Shown here piece after piece: positions 34,120 through 43,284 of a stretch of DNA of 43,983 bases; positions within the stretch are counted from its first letter, which is position 1, and each line of letters opens with the position of its first letter. Below the pieces are notes generated by a model that had not been told where the DNA came from, made no database searches, and saw only the letters and a program-made list of their open reading frames with translations. A program made the translations under genes and the position numbers. Source of the stretch: a virus (Duplodnaviria > Caudoviricetes); the IMG/VR virus record IMGVR_UViG_3300037183_000024, positions 1-43,983 of that record; one strand, written 5' to 3'.

Positions 34120-34466
34120 TGGGAACGGTCGTTCTCGACAACGTCGCGATCAGTAACCTGATCTACGATCCGGGCGGGCCGATCGCGCGAGAGATGAACC
34201 GCGTCGCCCAGTTCAGCCTCCTCCCGATCGCGCAGGCCGCCCTCTCTCGGCCGTGGCCGGGGAAAGGATCAGCGCCTTTCCCGCCGCCCGGGCCTCCTTA
34301 TCTGCGCACTGGCGATCTCCGTGATTCGTTGCGTGTCGTCGACGGGGTAGGACCCTCCGGGCCGGAGGCAACGATCGTGCCGACCGCGCTGCACCGCGGG
34401 GTCAACTACGGCGAGATCTTGATGAAACGCGGCTACCGATTCCTGCCGGACTACTACTACGTCTGA
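34119..34466 (+). CDS. HK97 gp10-like neck protein
   Basis: 'PP..RTGDLRDSL' and 'Y...L' motifs. Confidence 0.65.
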   Translation: MGTVVLDNVAISNLIYDPGGPIAREMNRVAQFSLLPIAQAALSRPWPGKGSAPFPPPGPPYLRTGDLRDSLRVVDGVGPSGPEATIVPTALHRGVNYGEILMKRGYRFLPDYYYV

Positions 34467-34474
34467 TGGGGTCG

Positions 34475-34497
34475 GCGTCCGCCAGTCCTCGTATGCT
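34475..34497 (+). promoter_or_regulatory. Putative late promoter GCGTCCG-N10-TATGCT
   Basis: Intergenic; same motif as the site at 10468. Confidence 0.65.
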
Positions 34498-34560
34498 CGG
34501 AATGGCCGCACCCCTTCACGGTGCGGCCAAACCAATGATGCCTGTGAAGGAGGCGATCGA

Positions 34561-34989
34561 ATGAGCACAACGAGGGATTTCGATACCGAGCGCAGACAGC
34601 GCCACGCTGAGCGTGTGGCTCTTCTCGGCGACCGCAAGATCGTGCTGGGCGGCAAGGCGTTCACGTACCGATCGACGGTGAGCTACACGATCCTGGAGGA
34701 CATCTCCGACACATCCGTGCTCGAAGGCTCGGAGCTGATCCGCGCGCTGGAGGAGGCGATCACCCATCTCCTTGAGCCGGGTCAGGAGGACGAGTTCCTC
34801 GCAGTGGTGCGCTCGACCGAAGACCCCTGGACGTTCCAGGATCTGAACGACCTCTGCGCCTTCCTGACCGAAGCGCAGGTCGGGCGCCCTTTGGCGCAGC
34901 CCTCGCCCTCGCAGGATGGGGGCGAGAGCACTACAACGACATCGACGGAAAGCTCATCTTCAAGACCGGCCGTGGCCTCGGCGGCCTGA
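34561..34989 (+). CDS. Tail assembly chaperone (gpG-like)
   Basis: AAGGAGG RBS; directly upstream of the tape measure gene; 'GRP' followed by a Ser/Thr-rich tail. Confidence 0.8.
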   Translation: MSTTRDFDTERRQRHAERVALLGDRKIVLGGKAFTYRSTVSYTILEDISDTSVLEGSELIRALEEAITHLLEPGQEDEFLAVVRSTEDPWTFQDLNDLCAFLTEAQVGRPLAQPSPSQDGGESTTTTSTESSSSRPAVASAA

Positions 34990-35183
34990 GTGCAAGGGAG
35001 TTCGTCAACGTGACCTACGCAATCCTCGCTGAGGGCCGCAACGAGCAGGAGCTTATCCAGCTCGATCTCGCGCTCGCGCCCTCCGCCGAGGATGCTGATG
35101 CGATCACGGCGAAGGCGAACATGGAGGCCATGAAGCAGCTCCAGGCGGCCGTGGGCGGGTTGGCGCCGCCGAGGGCGCGCTGA
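34887..35183 (+). CDS. -1 frameshift extension of the tail chaperone (gpGT-like)
   Basis: Slippery heptamer C CCT TTG at 34887-34893; the -1 frame reads PFGAALALAGWGREHYNDIDGKL...APPRAR* and its TGA overlaps the tape measure ATG. Confidence 0.8.
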   Translation, partial: PFGAALALAGWGREHYNDIDGKLIFKTGRGLGGLSAREFVNVTYAILAEGRNEQELIQLDLALAPSAEDADAITAKANMEAMKQLQAAVGGLAPPRAR

Positions 35184-37729
35184 TGTCTGTCGGGCCTGTC
35201 GCCGTCGCGGCAGTCAAGATCGTCCCTGACGCGACGGGCTTCAGGGCAGAGCTGGAGAAGGCGGTCAAGAAGGCCGTCTCGGAGGTCGAGCGGTCAGGCG
35301 CGGCGACGGTCAGGGCGACCGTCACCGCCACTGCGGCTGCGGGTGGTGCGCGAGGAGCGTCGGCTTCCTCGGCCGCAACCGCCGCGGCGTCCAGGCGTGC
35401 AAGCCAGGGCCTGAAGACCCTCACGAACGAGTCGAACGCGGCAAGGGGCGCGCTGATCGGGCTTTCCCGCATCACCCCCGTCACCGTCTTCGGACTCGGC
35501 CTCTACGGCTCCGCGGCGATTGTCGCGGGCACCGCGCTGAAGCGGGCGATCTCCTCGACGGCCGACTTCGAGCATCAGCTCAACGTGCTCCAGGCGACCT
35601 CGCAGGCGACCGTCGGGCAGATGAAGGCGATCCACGACGAGGCGCTCGCGCTCGGCGCCGACCTGTCACTACCGGCGACCTCGGCCGGAGATGCAGCTCG
35701 GGCAATGACAGAGCTGTCGAAGGCGGGCCTTTCGGTCAAGGACACGATGGCGGGCGCCCGCGGCGTCCTGGAGTTGGCCGCCGCTGCACAGATCGACGTT
35801 GGCTCGGCGGCGAACTACGTCGCGACCGCGCTCAACGCCTTCGGCCTCGCAGGCTCACAGGCAGCCCATGTCGCCGACGTTCTCGCTGGCGCCTCGATCG
35901 CCGCCCAGGGCAGCATCGACGATTTCGGCCTCGGGATGCAGCAGGTGTCGGCCGTCTCGAAGACGGTGGGCCTGGACTTCGAGCATACGGCGGGCGCGCT
36001 GACCGAGCTGGCGAAGGCCGGTCTGCGTGGCTCGGACGGCGGCACGTCGCTGCGCACCACGCTGCTGAGGCTCGCGCCGACGACGAAGCAGGCGTCGCAA
36101 TACATGGAGGCGCTCGGCATCCAGATCGACAAGACGAAGTCGATCGGCCAGCAGCTCCCCCAGTTGATCGACCAGTACCGCGCCGCTCTCTCCGCGCTCG
36201 CCCCGGTACAGCAGGAGCAGGTGCTCGCCCAGATCTTCGGCCAGGACGCGATTCGCTCCGCCTCGATCCTGATCCGCGGTGGCTCCGAGGCGCTGCGGGA
36301 CAACACCAACGCCGCCAACCAAAACGGTGCCGCGGCCAGGCTCGCCGCCGCGAACGCGAAGGGACTTAGCGGGGCATACAACGGCCTCAAGTCGAACCTC
36401 GACACCCTGGGGATCGTGCTCGGCGAGGTCGCCAAGGGGCCGATGACCACGTTCGTACAAGAGCTGTCCGCCATCGCGGGCGGTGCAACGTCGGCGGCAT
36501 CTGAGATCATCAAGCTCGGCGGGGCAATCAGCAATCTCCACTTCCCCGGGAGCAGCAAGCTGGGCGGCCTGCTCCACGCGGGCGAGATCACAGCACTCCC
36601 CGGCCTCGCGCCGTTCATCCTCGGTGCGAAGCTGTTGGGTGGTGGCGGTAGCTCCGGCCCGGATGCGAGCACGATCCACGACCCGGGGTCGCCGGGAGCC
36701 ATCGCATCGGACGCGGTCACCCGGCTGAAGCTGACGGAGAAGGAGCGCGAGAAGGTGCGCAAGCAGATCGCCGCCCTGATCGAGGCGGGCAAGAAGCCGC
36801 TGGCCGCCGACAAGACCGCGCCGGACAACCTCGTCGTCAACCAGTTGAACGCCCAGCTCCACGACTCGCTCCAGGCAGAGCTGGCCGCCGACCGCGCGAT
36901 CGAGCACTACTTCCAAGAGAGGCTGAAGCTCGCGAAGAAGGGCACTGGGCGCTACACGATCATCCTGACCGCGCTTGAGCAGGCTCACTCCGCCTCCGCC
37001 GCCGTGCAGTCCCAGATCGACTCCGAGGCCGCCGCCGCGAAGTCCGCATCCGACGCGGAGCGCAAACGGCGCAAGGCCCAGGCGCTACAGGACGCCCGCG
37101 ACGCGGCTCAGGCCGCGAAGGATCTGTTCAACCTCCAGAAGTCGCAGTTCGACCTGGAGATCCAGCGCGTCACGACGCTGCTCCCCAACAACAAGCGTCT
37201 CGCGAAGAAGGCGTATGAGGACGAGATCACGTTCCTCCAGACGGAGGTCAAGCGCCTCGAAGCGATCCGCAAGAAGACGATCGAGCAGCGCCAGTTGATC
37301 GTTCAATACAAGAGCGACATCATCGGCCTGAAGGGTGCGATCAAGTCGCTCAACTCGACCTCCTCCTCATCGGGCGGCGGGTTCTCGCTCAACGACCTCT
37401 TCAAGACGGCGGTCGACCAGCTCAACGAGTTCGGCTCGAACGTGTCGAGCGGCCCAGCGACGGGCGGGCAGGCAGGCTCGGCAGTGCTAGCCAGCATCGT
37501 CTCGAAGATCCCTTCGGGCGATCCGGCGCTCAAGCGTCTCCAGGGGATCGGCTACGAGCAGCTCGCTCAGGCGGCCGAGTCGAACGATCTTCTCAGGGCG
37601 ATCCTCGACGCGCTCGACCGGGCCGGAGGCTCTCCCTCGAACCTGACGCCTGCGGGTGTCGTTCCGCGTGGTCATCCGCCGTCGGCGCACCAGGCGGCTA
37701 TCGCAGCAACCAACCTGACGGGACAGTGA
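35183..37729 (+). CDS. Tape measure protein (TP901-type core)
   Basis: 'V.IVPD.TGF', 'DFE..L....A', 'ELSKAG', 'L.LAAA', 'G.RGSDGGTSLRT.L.RL', 'IFGQDA'. Confidence 0.92.
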   Translation: MSVGPVAVAAVKIVPDATGFRAELEKAVKKAVSEVERSGAATVRATVTATAAAGGARGASASSAATAAASRRASQGLKTLTNESNAARGALIGLSRITPVTVFGLGLYGSAAIVAGTALKRAISSTADFEHQLNVLQATSQATVGQMKAIHDEALALGADLSLPATSAGDAARAMTELSKAGLSVKDTMAGARGVLELAAAAQIDVGSAANYVATALNAFGLAGSQAAHVADVLAGASIAAQGSIDDFGLGMQQVSAVSKTVGLDFEHTAGALTELAKAGLRGSDGGTSLRTTLLRLAPTTKQASQYMEALGIQIDKTKSIGQQLPQLIDQYRAALSALAPVQQEQVLAQIFGQDAIRSASILIRGGSEALRDNTNAANQNGAAARLAAANAKGLSGAYNGLKSNLDTLGIVLGEVAKGPMTTFVQELSAIAGGATSAASEIIKLGGAISNLHFPGSSKLGGLLHAGEITALPGLAPFILGAKLLGGGGSSGPDASTIHDPGSPGAIASDAVTRLKLTEKEREKVRKQIAALIEAGKKPLAADKTAPDNLVVNQLNAQLHDSLQAELAADRAIEHYFQERLKLAKKGTGRYTIILTALEQAHSASAAVQSQIDSEAAAAKSASDAERKRRKAQALQDARDAAQAAKDLFNLQKSQFDLEIQRVTTLLPNNKRLAKKAYEDEITFLQTEVKRLEAIRKKTIEQRQLIVQYKSDIIGLKGAIKSLNSTSSSSGGGFSLNDLFKTAVDQLNEFGSNVSSGPATGGQAGSAVLASIVSKIPSGDPALKRLQGIGYEQLAQAAESNDLLRAILDALDRAGGSPSNLTPAGVVPRGHPPSAHQAAIAATNLTGQ

Positions 37730-37730
37730 G

Positions 37731-38603
37731 ATGGGCGTTACCGACTGGACGACACAGTTCAACCTCCGCTCGACGGTCTACACGGCGAACCCGATCCCCG
37801 GAAGCGTTGCGCCCGACCCGCTGCCGATCAACGTGCCGATCACCTTCTCCGGTGGCGACATCGGCGTCTACCGCCTTCGCCCCGACGGCTGCTCCATTCA
37901 GAACGTGGTGCGCGAAACGAAGGACTACGTCCCGCAGGGCGACGGCTCGATCCTGCACCGCCGTTTCGTCGCCGGGATGGAGATGTCGCTCGCCGTCCAG
38001 ATGTGGCAGCCGAACGACAAGATCGCATGCGACTCGATCCTCCAGAAGATGGTCGACACCCTGGAGGGCTACCTCTACGGCCTGCTCAATGCGGGCGATG
38101 ACGAGGGCCGTCTCTTCTGGACGCCGTCGGGCCAGCTCGCCCGGATGATGCAGGACATCCGCCTCCTCTCCTACTGGGAGGAGTCGCAGGCGCCCGGCTC
38201 CGCGCTTGAGGTCAGGTTCACGATCGACACAGCGCGCCCGTACCTTGAGGATCACGCGCAGCTCTCACCGGGCATCCCGGGCACCGTCGTCAATCCCGGC
38301 AACCGGCCCGCCTACCCGGTCTGGAAGATCTTCGCCGGGACGTTCACCCTCACGAACGTCACGACGGGGCAGAAGCTGGAGTTCAACGACACCCAGCCCG
38401 GCTGCCCCTCGATCGGTGGTGGCTACGTCGAGATCAACACGTTCCGCAACACCGTCTACAAGAACGGGAGCGGAGCGAACTGCAAGCCCGGGATAGTCAT
38501 GGTCAGCAGCGACTTCTTCCCGCTCGTGCCGGGCAACAACGTCATCACCTGCGCTGGTGCGGGCGGCGGCTCCGTCTGCCTGGTGAACGCGGCCTGGGCG
38601 TAA
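37731..38603 (+). CDS. Distal tail (Dit)-like protein
   Basis: Follows the tape measure gene; 'N.GN.PAYP.W.I', 'TLTN.TTGQ.L', 'FFPL.PGNN.I'. Confidence 0.75.
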   Translation: MGVTDWTTQFNLRSTVYTANPIPGSVAPDPLPINVPITFSGGDIGVYRLRPDGCSIQNVVRETKDYVPQGDGSILHRRFVAGMEMSLAVQMWQPNDKIACDSILQKMVDTLEGYLYGLLNAGDDEGRLFWTPSGQLARMMQDIRLLSYWEESQAPGSALEVRFTIDTARPYLEDHAQLSPGIPGTVVNPGNRPAYPVWKIFAGTFTLTNVTTGQKLEFNDTQPGCPSIGGGYVEINTFRNTVYKNGSGANCKPGIVMVSSDFFPLVPGNNVITCAGAGGGSVCLVNAAWA

Positions 38604-40066
38604 TGGCAAGCGACATCTCCCCCCTATGGCGATGGCTCATCACCGACCTCGACGGTGCGGGGATCACCTTCCTCGACAAGCTCGCCTCCGACCGGATCGT
38701 CACGCCGAAGCTGAACGAGCCGCTGGAACTCTCCGGCACGGTGCCGTCGGATAGCCCGGAGATCAACATCTTCCACACCGACGACCTTCCCTTTCTCGCG
38801 GAAGGGGTGAGGCAGCTCTACGGGTTCCGGCGCGAGCGCAACGTCGACCCGTACTACACGATCCGCGCATCGACCTTGATCCTCCAGACCGCGGACGCCT
38901 CCTCGACCGGCGACGCCCGCACCCGCTTCACCGCCTGGGACCCGTGGCAGTATCTCTTCTATCGGCCGCTGCTCTTCACCGACGTGGAGCACTGCTCGTA
39001 CATCCCGCGGAAGGGCAAGACCTTCACCGATTGGCACCCGATCGACCTGATCGTCGACTGGCTCTACTGCATGCTCTTCAACTCCGACACCGAGGCCCCA
39101 GGCTCCGCTTTGCAGGGGTTTATCGACTGGGGGCAGTCGGGCTTCTACACCGGCACGATGGACTACGGGCTGACCTCGACCCTCAAGGGCTTCAACGTCC
39201 AGCCCGGAACGAGCCTCGGCCAGGCGATCCAGGATCTGTGCTCGACCGGCTACTGCGACGTGGTTATGGAGCCGATCTACGATCCCGTCAATCGGCCCGG
39301 CCTCCTGTGCCAGATGTCGATCTACGAGCAAGACCCGTCCGACCCGAACACGGGCGCGGGCCGGTTCAACTACGGCGCGGTGTTCGCCTGGGATCGTCCG
39401 GGCCGTTCGCTCGTCGGCTTCGACGACCTCTTCGACGGCACCCAGCGGGCGAACCTGATCGGCTACCGCTCGGGGCAGGCCGGGGCGTTCGTCAACGCCG
39501 ACGATCTCGGCACCCCGATCTACGACCCCGACTCGATCAAGATCTACGGCGAGTATTGGGCCGAGCTGGCGATCACCGCACAGAACCAGGCGGAAGGCTT
39601 CGCGGTCCAGGCGCTCGCCGCCGAACAGCTCGCGCTCCGCAAGACGTACAAGCAGACGCTGACCGTCAACCCCGCCCCGGAGCGTGCCCCCGAGCCGTGG
39701 GTCGACTACGAGATCGGTGACCGCGTCCCGATCTTCATCGGCACCGCGGAGCGCGGCACCTACCAGTTGGGCGACAACAGCTCACGCCAGCCGCTGCCTC
39801 CCGGCTACTCGGGCGGGCCTCCGACCCCCGACCCTGCCGTCTACGTCTGGCAGCGCGTCTACGGCATCCCGGTCAGGATCGACGACAACGGGGTCGAGAC
39901 GGTCGAGCAGCTTCTCGTGGGACCAATCGGTGCTCCTCCGCCCGCGTTCGGGGCGCGCATCGGTTCGGGCGGCAGCGGGGGCCAGCAGGCCCTCCCCACG
40001 TCGACGACGAAGCACACGACGAGCGCGGGCACCGTCAGGCCGGGCGCCCCGGGGATCGCGACATGA
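38603..40066 (+). CDS. Baseplate hub/minor tail protein
   Basis: Position after Dit; 'LNEP..LSG', 'SI..YGEYW', 'DYEIGDRV', 'RVYGI.V.IDDNG.E'. Confidence 0.7.
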   Translation: MASDISPLWRWLITDLDGAGITFLDKLASDRIVTPKLNEPLELSGTVPSDSPEINIFHTDDLPFLAEGVRQLYGFRRERNVDPYYTIRASTLILQTADASSTGDARTRFTAWDPWQYLFYRPLLFTDVEHCSYIPRKGKTFTDWHPIDLIVDWLYCMLFNSDTEAPGSALQGFIDWGQSGFYTGTMDYGLTSTLKGFNVQPGTSLGQAIQDLCSTGYCDVVMEPIYDPVNRPGLLCQMSIYEQDPSDPNTGAGRFNYGAVFAWDRPGRSLVGFDDLFDGTQRANLIGYRSGQAGAFVNADDLGTPIYDPDSIKIYGEYWAELAITAQNQAEGFAVQALAAEQLALRKTYKQTLTVNPAPERAPEPWVDYEIGDRVPIFIGTAERGTYQLGDNSSRQPLPPGYSGGPPTPDPAVYVWQRVYGIPVRIDDNGVETVEQLLVGPIGAPPPAFGARIGSGGSGGQQALPTSTTKHTTSAGTVRPGAPGIAT

Positions 40067-40668
40067 GCGCCCCGTACAAGCGGTTCTCCCTGCCGAGCGC
40101 GCAGGGCACGCAGCTCGACCGGATCAGGCGGCTGGAGCTGGGCCACATCGACCTCGCGACGGACGATTCGCCGTTCCAGACGTATTTCGCGCCTGACTTC
40201 TTCGGCTTCTTCTTCAGCTCCGATGACGGCACGAACGTCAACGGGGTCAACCCGAGCGTGCTCGCCTCGACCGTGCAGCAGCAGGTCGTGACCGTCCAGT
40301 TCATTGTCTACGCAAGCGGGATCTTCGATCCGGGCACCGGCTCCGTCTACCTGCTCGGCCTGAACGCGGTGACGACGCTAGAGGTCAACTACATCAACGT
40401 CTTCGGCCCTCTCTCGAACCCCCCGATCGGGTTCGGCTACTGCTTCGACGACTCGTCGGGCAACTACGAGTCGGTCCTCTTCCGCGGCTCGGATCAGGTC
40501 AGCGTGCGCAACGACAACAACCTCACGATCGAGGCGGTCATCCCCTCAACCGGCGGCGTCGTGGGGCCGACCAGCCCCTTCACGTTCGCGGCCGGTGACA
40601 TCCTGATGGCGGGCACGATCATCATGCAGCTCACGCCGCCCGAGCAGCTTCCGCAGCTTTTCCCGTAG
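40063..40668 (+). CDS. Minor tail protein
   Basis: N-terminal 'RIRRLE' coil, beta-rich body, 'PFTFAAGDI' near the C-terminus. Confidence 0.65.
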   Translation: MSAPYKRFSLPSAQGTQLDRIRRLELGHIDLATDDSPFQTYFAPDFFGFFFSSDDGTNVNGVNPSVLASTVQQQVVTVQFIVYASGIFDPGTGSVYLLGLNAVTTLEVNYINVFGPLSNPPIGFGYCFDDSSGNYESVLFRGSDQVSVRNDNNLTIEAVIPSTGGVVGPTSPFTFAAGDILMAGTIIMQLTPPEQLPQLFP

Positions 40669-40669
40669 C

Positions 40670-40692
40670 GCGTCCGCGTCCGTCGGTAGCGT
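40670..40692 (+). promoter_or_regulatory. Putative lysis promoter GCGTCCG-N10-TAGCGT
   Basis: ATG at 40700 is 7 nt downstream (leaderless). Confidence 0.6.
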
Positions 40693-40699
40693 GGAAGTC

Positions 40700-41212
40700 A
40701 TGGCTGCTGAGGGCAAACTCCAGCCGCTGCCGCCCAACGACAAGAAGGCCGCGCGCGAGGTCATTACCGCCTATACCCTGCGCGCCGAGAAGAACGAGCG
40801 GCTGTGGCACTACACCCAGCTCAGGCCGTTCCGCGGCTTCGGTGTGCCGCCCGACCAGCCCCACGCGAACGACTGCTCCGGCTACGACTCGCTCGTCTTC
40901 AACTGGGCGATGCACTGGATCAAGAGGTACATCGCCGACCCTCTTGGCTTCACCTATGACGGCTGGGGCAACACGTCGAGCCTCTTCACCTTCCTGCGCG
41001 ACTACGACGCGCCGAAGGACAAGTACCTGGTCGGGGACATCACGATCTATGCGCTCGGGACGATCCACGCGCACACGACGGTCTGTCGGAAGGCGGGGTC
41101 GGCCCGCACCGCGATTTTCTCCTCGAACGGCGAGGAGTCCGGCCCGGAGCCAGAGTCCCTCCATTACCGCGACGACCTGACCGGCGTCTTCCGCCACCCG
41201 CAGCTCCGATAG
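40700..41212 (+). CDS. NlpC/P60-like peptidase, probable endolysin
   Basis: 'HYTQ.R', 'DCSG' catalytic Cys, 'G.T', 'GDITIY...H.TV'; next to membrane genes. Confidence 0.75.
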   Translation: MAAEGKLQPLPPNDKKAAREVITAYTLRAEKNERLWHYTQLRPFRGFGVPPDQPHANDCSGYDSLVFNWAMHWIKRYIADPLGFTYDGWGNTSSLFTFLRDYDAPKDKYLVGDITIYALGTIHAHTTVCRKAGSARTAIFSSNGEESGPEPESLHYRDDLTGVFRHPQLR

Positions 41213-41218
41213 GCGAGC

Positions 41219-41671
41219 ATGCTTCTCGACACCACCTTCCACAACAGCGTCACGCTCGGGGCGGTGGTTCTCGGGTTGATCGTCACCGCGGCGACGGTGA
41301 TCGGCATCCTCTACGGCGTTCGCTACAAGGTGTCCTACGAGGCGTCCGCCGCCGCCGCCGACGAGCTTCGGAAGTCACTGGAGGACGCGCACATCCGGGA
41401 GGAGAACCTGCGCTCGGCTGCGATCGAAGTGAAGGCGCAGGCGGATGCGCTCGTGCACTCGTTGCGCGACCAGCTCGACAAGGCCCACCAAACGATCGCG
41501 AAGCTGGAAGCGATGCCCGACCTGGCCCAGCTCGCTGCCCTGATGGAGGCCCACGAGGTTCGCGCCCAGGAGCGATATGAGGGCGCGGAGCGTCGGATGG
41601 GCGAGCGTCACGCCGCCGAGATCCAGGTCCTTACCAGCCTTGCTACCGAGATCAGAAAGGAGGGGAGTTGA
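41219..41671 (+). CDS. Membrane protein with coiled coil (lysis cassette)
   Basis: N-terminal TM helix and long coiled coil. Confidence 0.65.
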   Translation: MLLDTTFHNSVTLGAVVLGLIVTAATVIGILYGVRYKVSYEASAAAADELRKSLEDAHIREENLRSAAIEVKAQADALVHSLRDQLDKAHQTIAKLEAMPDLAQLAALMEAHEVRAQERYEGAERRMGERHAAEIQVLTSLATEIRKEGS

Positions 41672-41959
41672 GTGACCGACATCGTCATGTGGTCGAGCGT
41701 CGTGGGCTTCTTCTTGCCCGCCGTGCTCGCGATTATCCAGCAGCCTAAGTGGTCGGATCGCGTTCGCACCGTAGTCGCGTTCGTGGCCTGCGCCGTAGCG
41801 GGTGCCGGAACAGCCTACTTCCAGGGCGACCTGACTGGGCGGCGCTTCGTTGAGGCTGGCCTGGTTGTGCTCGTGACAGCGATGGCGACCTTCAGAAACT
41901 TCTGGAAGTCGTCGGGCGTCTCGGGCGCGATCGAGCGTCAGACAGCCCTCGATCCATAG
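41672..41959 (+). CDS. Holin
   Basis: 'P..LAIIQQPKWS..VR..VAF', 2-3 TM helices, 'FWK..GV...IE' actinophage holin pattern. Confidence 0.75.
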   Translation: MTDIVMWSSVVGFFLPAVLAIIQQPKWSDRVRTVVAFVACAVAGAGTAYFQGDLTGRRFVEAGLVVLVTAMATFRNFWKSSGVSGAIERQTALDP

Positions 41960-42021
41960 TCTCACCGAAAGGTCGCGCCCGCCGTCTCCCGTTCCCCCGG
42001 GCGAGCCGCGGCTGCGGCCCA

Positions 42022-42058
42022 GGGGGTCAGGGGGGAACGCGCGTCCCCCTTGACCTCC
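42022..42058. terminator. 15-bp inverted repeat at the late/early boundary
   Basis: GGGGGTCAGGGGGGA-N7-TCCCCCTTGACCTCC with two G-U pairs. Confidence 0.55.
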
Positions 42059-42076
42059 GCTCCACGGTGCTATAGT
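42050..42076 (+). promoter_or_regulatory. Early promoter: TTGACC plus extended -10 TGcTATAGT
   Basis: -10 at 42071-42076; 15-nt spacer is short but TGn is present. Confidence 0.55.
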
Positions 42077-42123
42077 TATCGCGTAACTCCATGCACCCAC
42101 CATCTCCCGAAGGAGGGGATGTG

Positions 42124-42552
42124 ATGTCACTCCTGGAAGCCGAGGAGCAGACGATGTCGGCGTTCAAGTCGAGCGTTGAGGATCTCGCCCTGGCCGAGCT
42201 GTCGCGATTGGAGGAGGAGCGCGAGGCGCTCAACGTGCAGCTCGAAGCCCTCAAGGACTCGATCCGTTCGGTGAAGGCCGTGCTCGCCGCAGCCCAGCCG
42301 AAGCAGGAAGGCGCGAAGAGAAAGAAGAAGGAACGCCCCGGGCCTCGCGCCTCCGAACGGTCGGTGCTCGAAGCGATCGACTGGATCAACGGGCTGCCGG
42401 TAGGCGAGGAGTTTACCGCCGCGAAGATGCGGGAGGCGTTCCCGACGAAGAACAACTCGTGGGCCAACGTCGTGCTCAAGCAACTCCGTGATGACGGACT
42501 CGTGCGTCTCGCGGGACAGTCCGGTCCGACGATGATCTACAAGGCGCTCTGA
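42124..42552 (+). CDS. Coiled-coil plus winged-helix putative DNA-binding protein
   Basis: GGAGGGG RBS; coiled coil, basic linker, 'L..LRDDGLVRLAG......Y'. Confidence 0.65.
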   Translation: MSLLEAEEQTMSAFKSSVEDLALAELSRLEEEREALNVQLEALKDSIRSVKAVLAAAQPKQEGAKRKKKERPGPRASERSVLEAIDWINGLPVGEEFTAAKMREAFPTKNNSWANVVLKQLRDDGLVRLAGQSGPTMIYKAL

Positions 42553-42553
42553 G

Positions 42554-43012
42554 ATGGCAGCATCCGATCTCAAGATCGAGAGCTACTCCGACCGGGAGTT
42601 GCTGCACATCATCGGCGACCTCGGGGGGGACAAAGACTGGGTGCCGATCGAGCAGATCGCCGTTCGCGTCGGACTCGTCCGGGCGGACGGGATGAGCGAC
42701 GAGCAGCACCAGCTTCACGCCCGTCGTTGCGTCTCGGTGCGGCTCTCGTGGATTCGCCGCCTATCGAACACGGTGATGCGTAACAGCGAGCGGCCCACGA
42801 AGCCCGAGTGGAAGCTGACCGACTTCGGGGTCAAGGTCGTGACGGTCGCCATCGCGCCCGGCTTCTCGAAGCAGCTCGAAGGCATGGACGCCATCGCCGC
42901 CGTCGTGGCGCTCGACGCGCTCTCGCGCCGCTACCAGTCGGCCAACCGCGAGCAGGCGAACCTGATGCGTCGCCAGTGGATCTACGGCTCGCACTCGAAG
43001 AGGAACAGATGA
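42554..43012 (+). CDS. Putative winged-helix protein
   Basis: 'IA..VG...V..RLSW.RR...V......WKLT..G'. Confidence 0.55.
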   Translation: MAASDLKIESYSDRELLHIIGDLGGDKDWVPIEQIAVRVGLVRADGMSDEQHQLHARRCVSVRLSWIRRLSNTVMRNSERPTKPEWKLTDFGVKVVTVAIAPGFSKQLEGMDAIAAVVALDALSRRYQSANREQANLMRRQWIYGSHSKRNR

Positions 43013-43284
43013 GCACCGCGGTCTGGAAGTTCCCGATCAACATCGTCGACGACCAGCAGATCGAGATGCCCGAGCACGCGCAGATCCTCCACGTCGGAGG
43101 ACAGGACGGTCGGCTGTGTCTCTGGGTGCGAGTCAACCCCGCGAACGCGAAGGTGGCCCGTCGGATCTCGGTGAGGGGCACGGGGCACACGATCGAGAAG
43201 GGGCAGCTCGCTCCCGCGAACGGCTTCTACCTCGGTTCGGCTCAGGTCGGCCCGTTCGTCTGGCACGTCTTCGAGGCCGTCTGA
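43009..43284 (+). CDS. Conserved small phage protein
   Basis: 'VWKFPI...IEMP..AQIL.V..Q...LCLW..V.P...R.I...GTGH...YLGS.Q...VWHVFE'. Confidence 0.75.
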   Translation: MSTAVWKFPINIVDDQQIEMPEHAQILHVGGQDGRLCLWVRVNPANAKVARRISVRGTGHTIEKGQLAPANGFYLGSAQVGPFVWHVFEAV

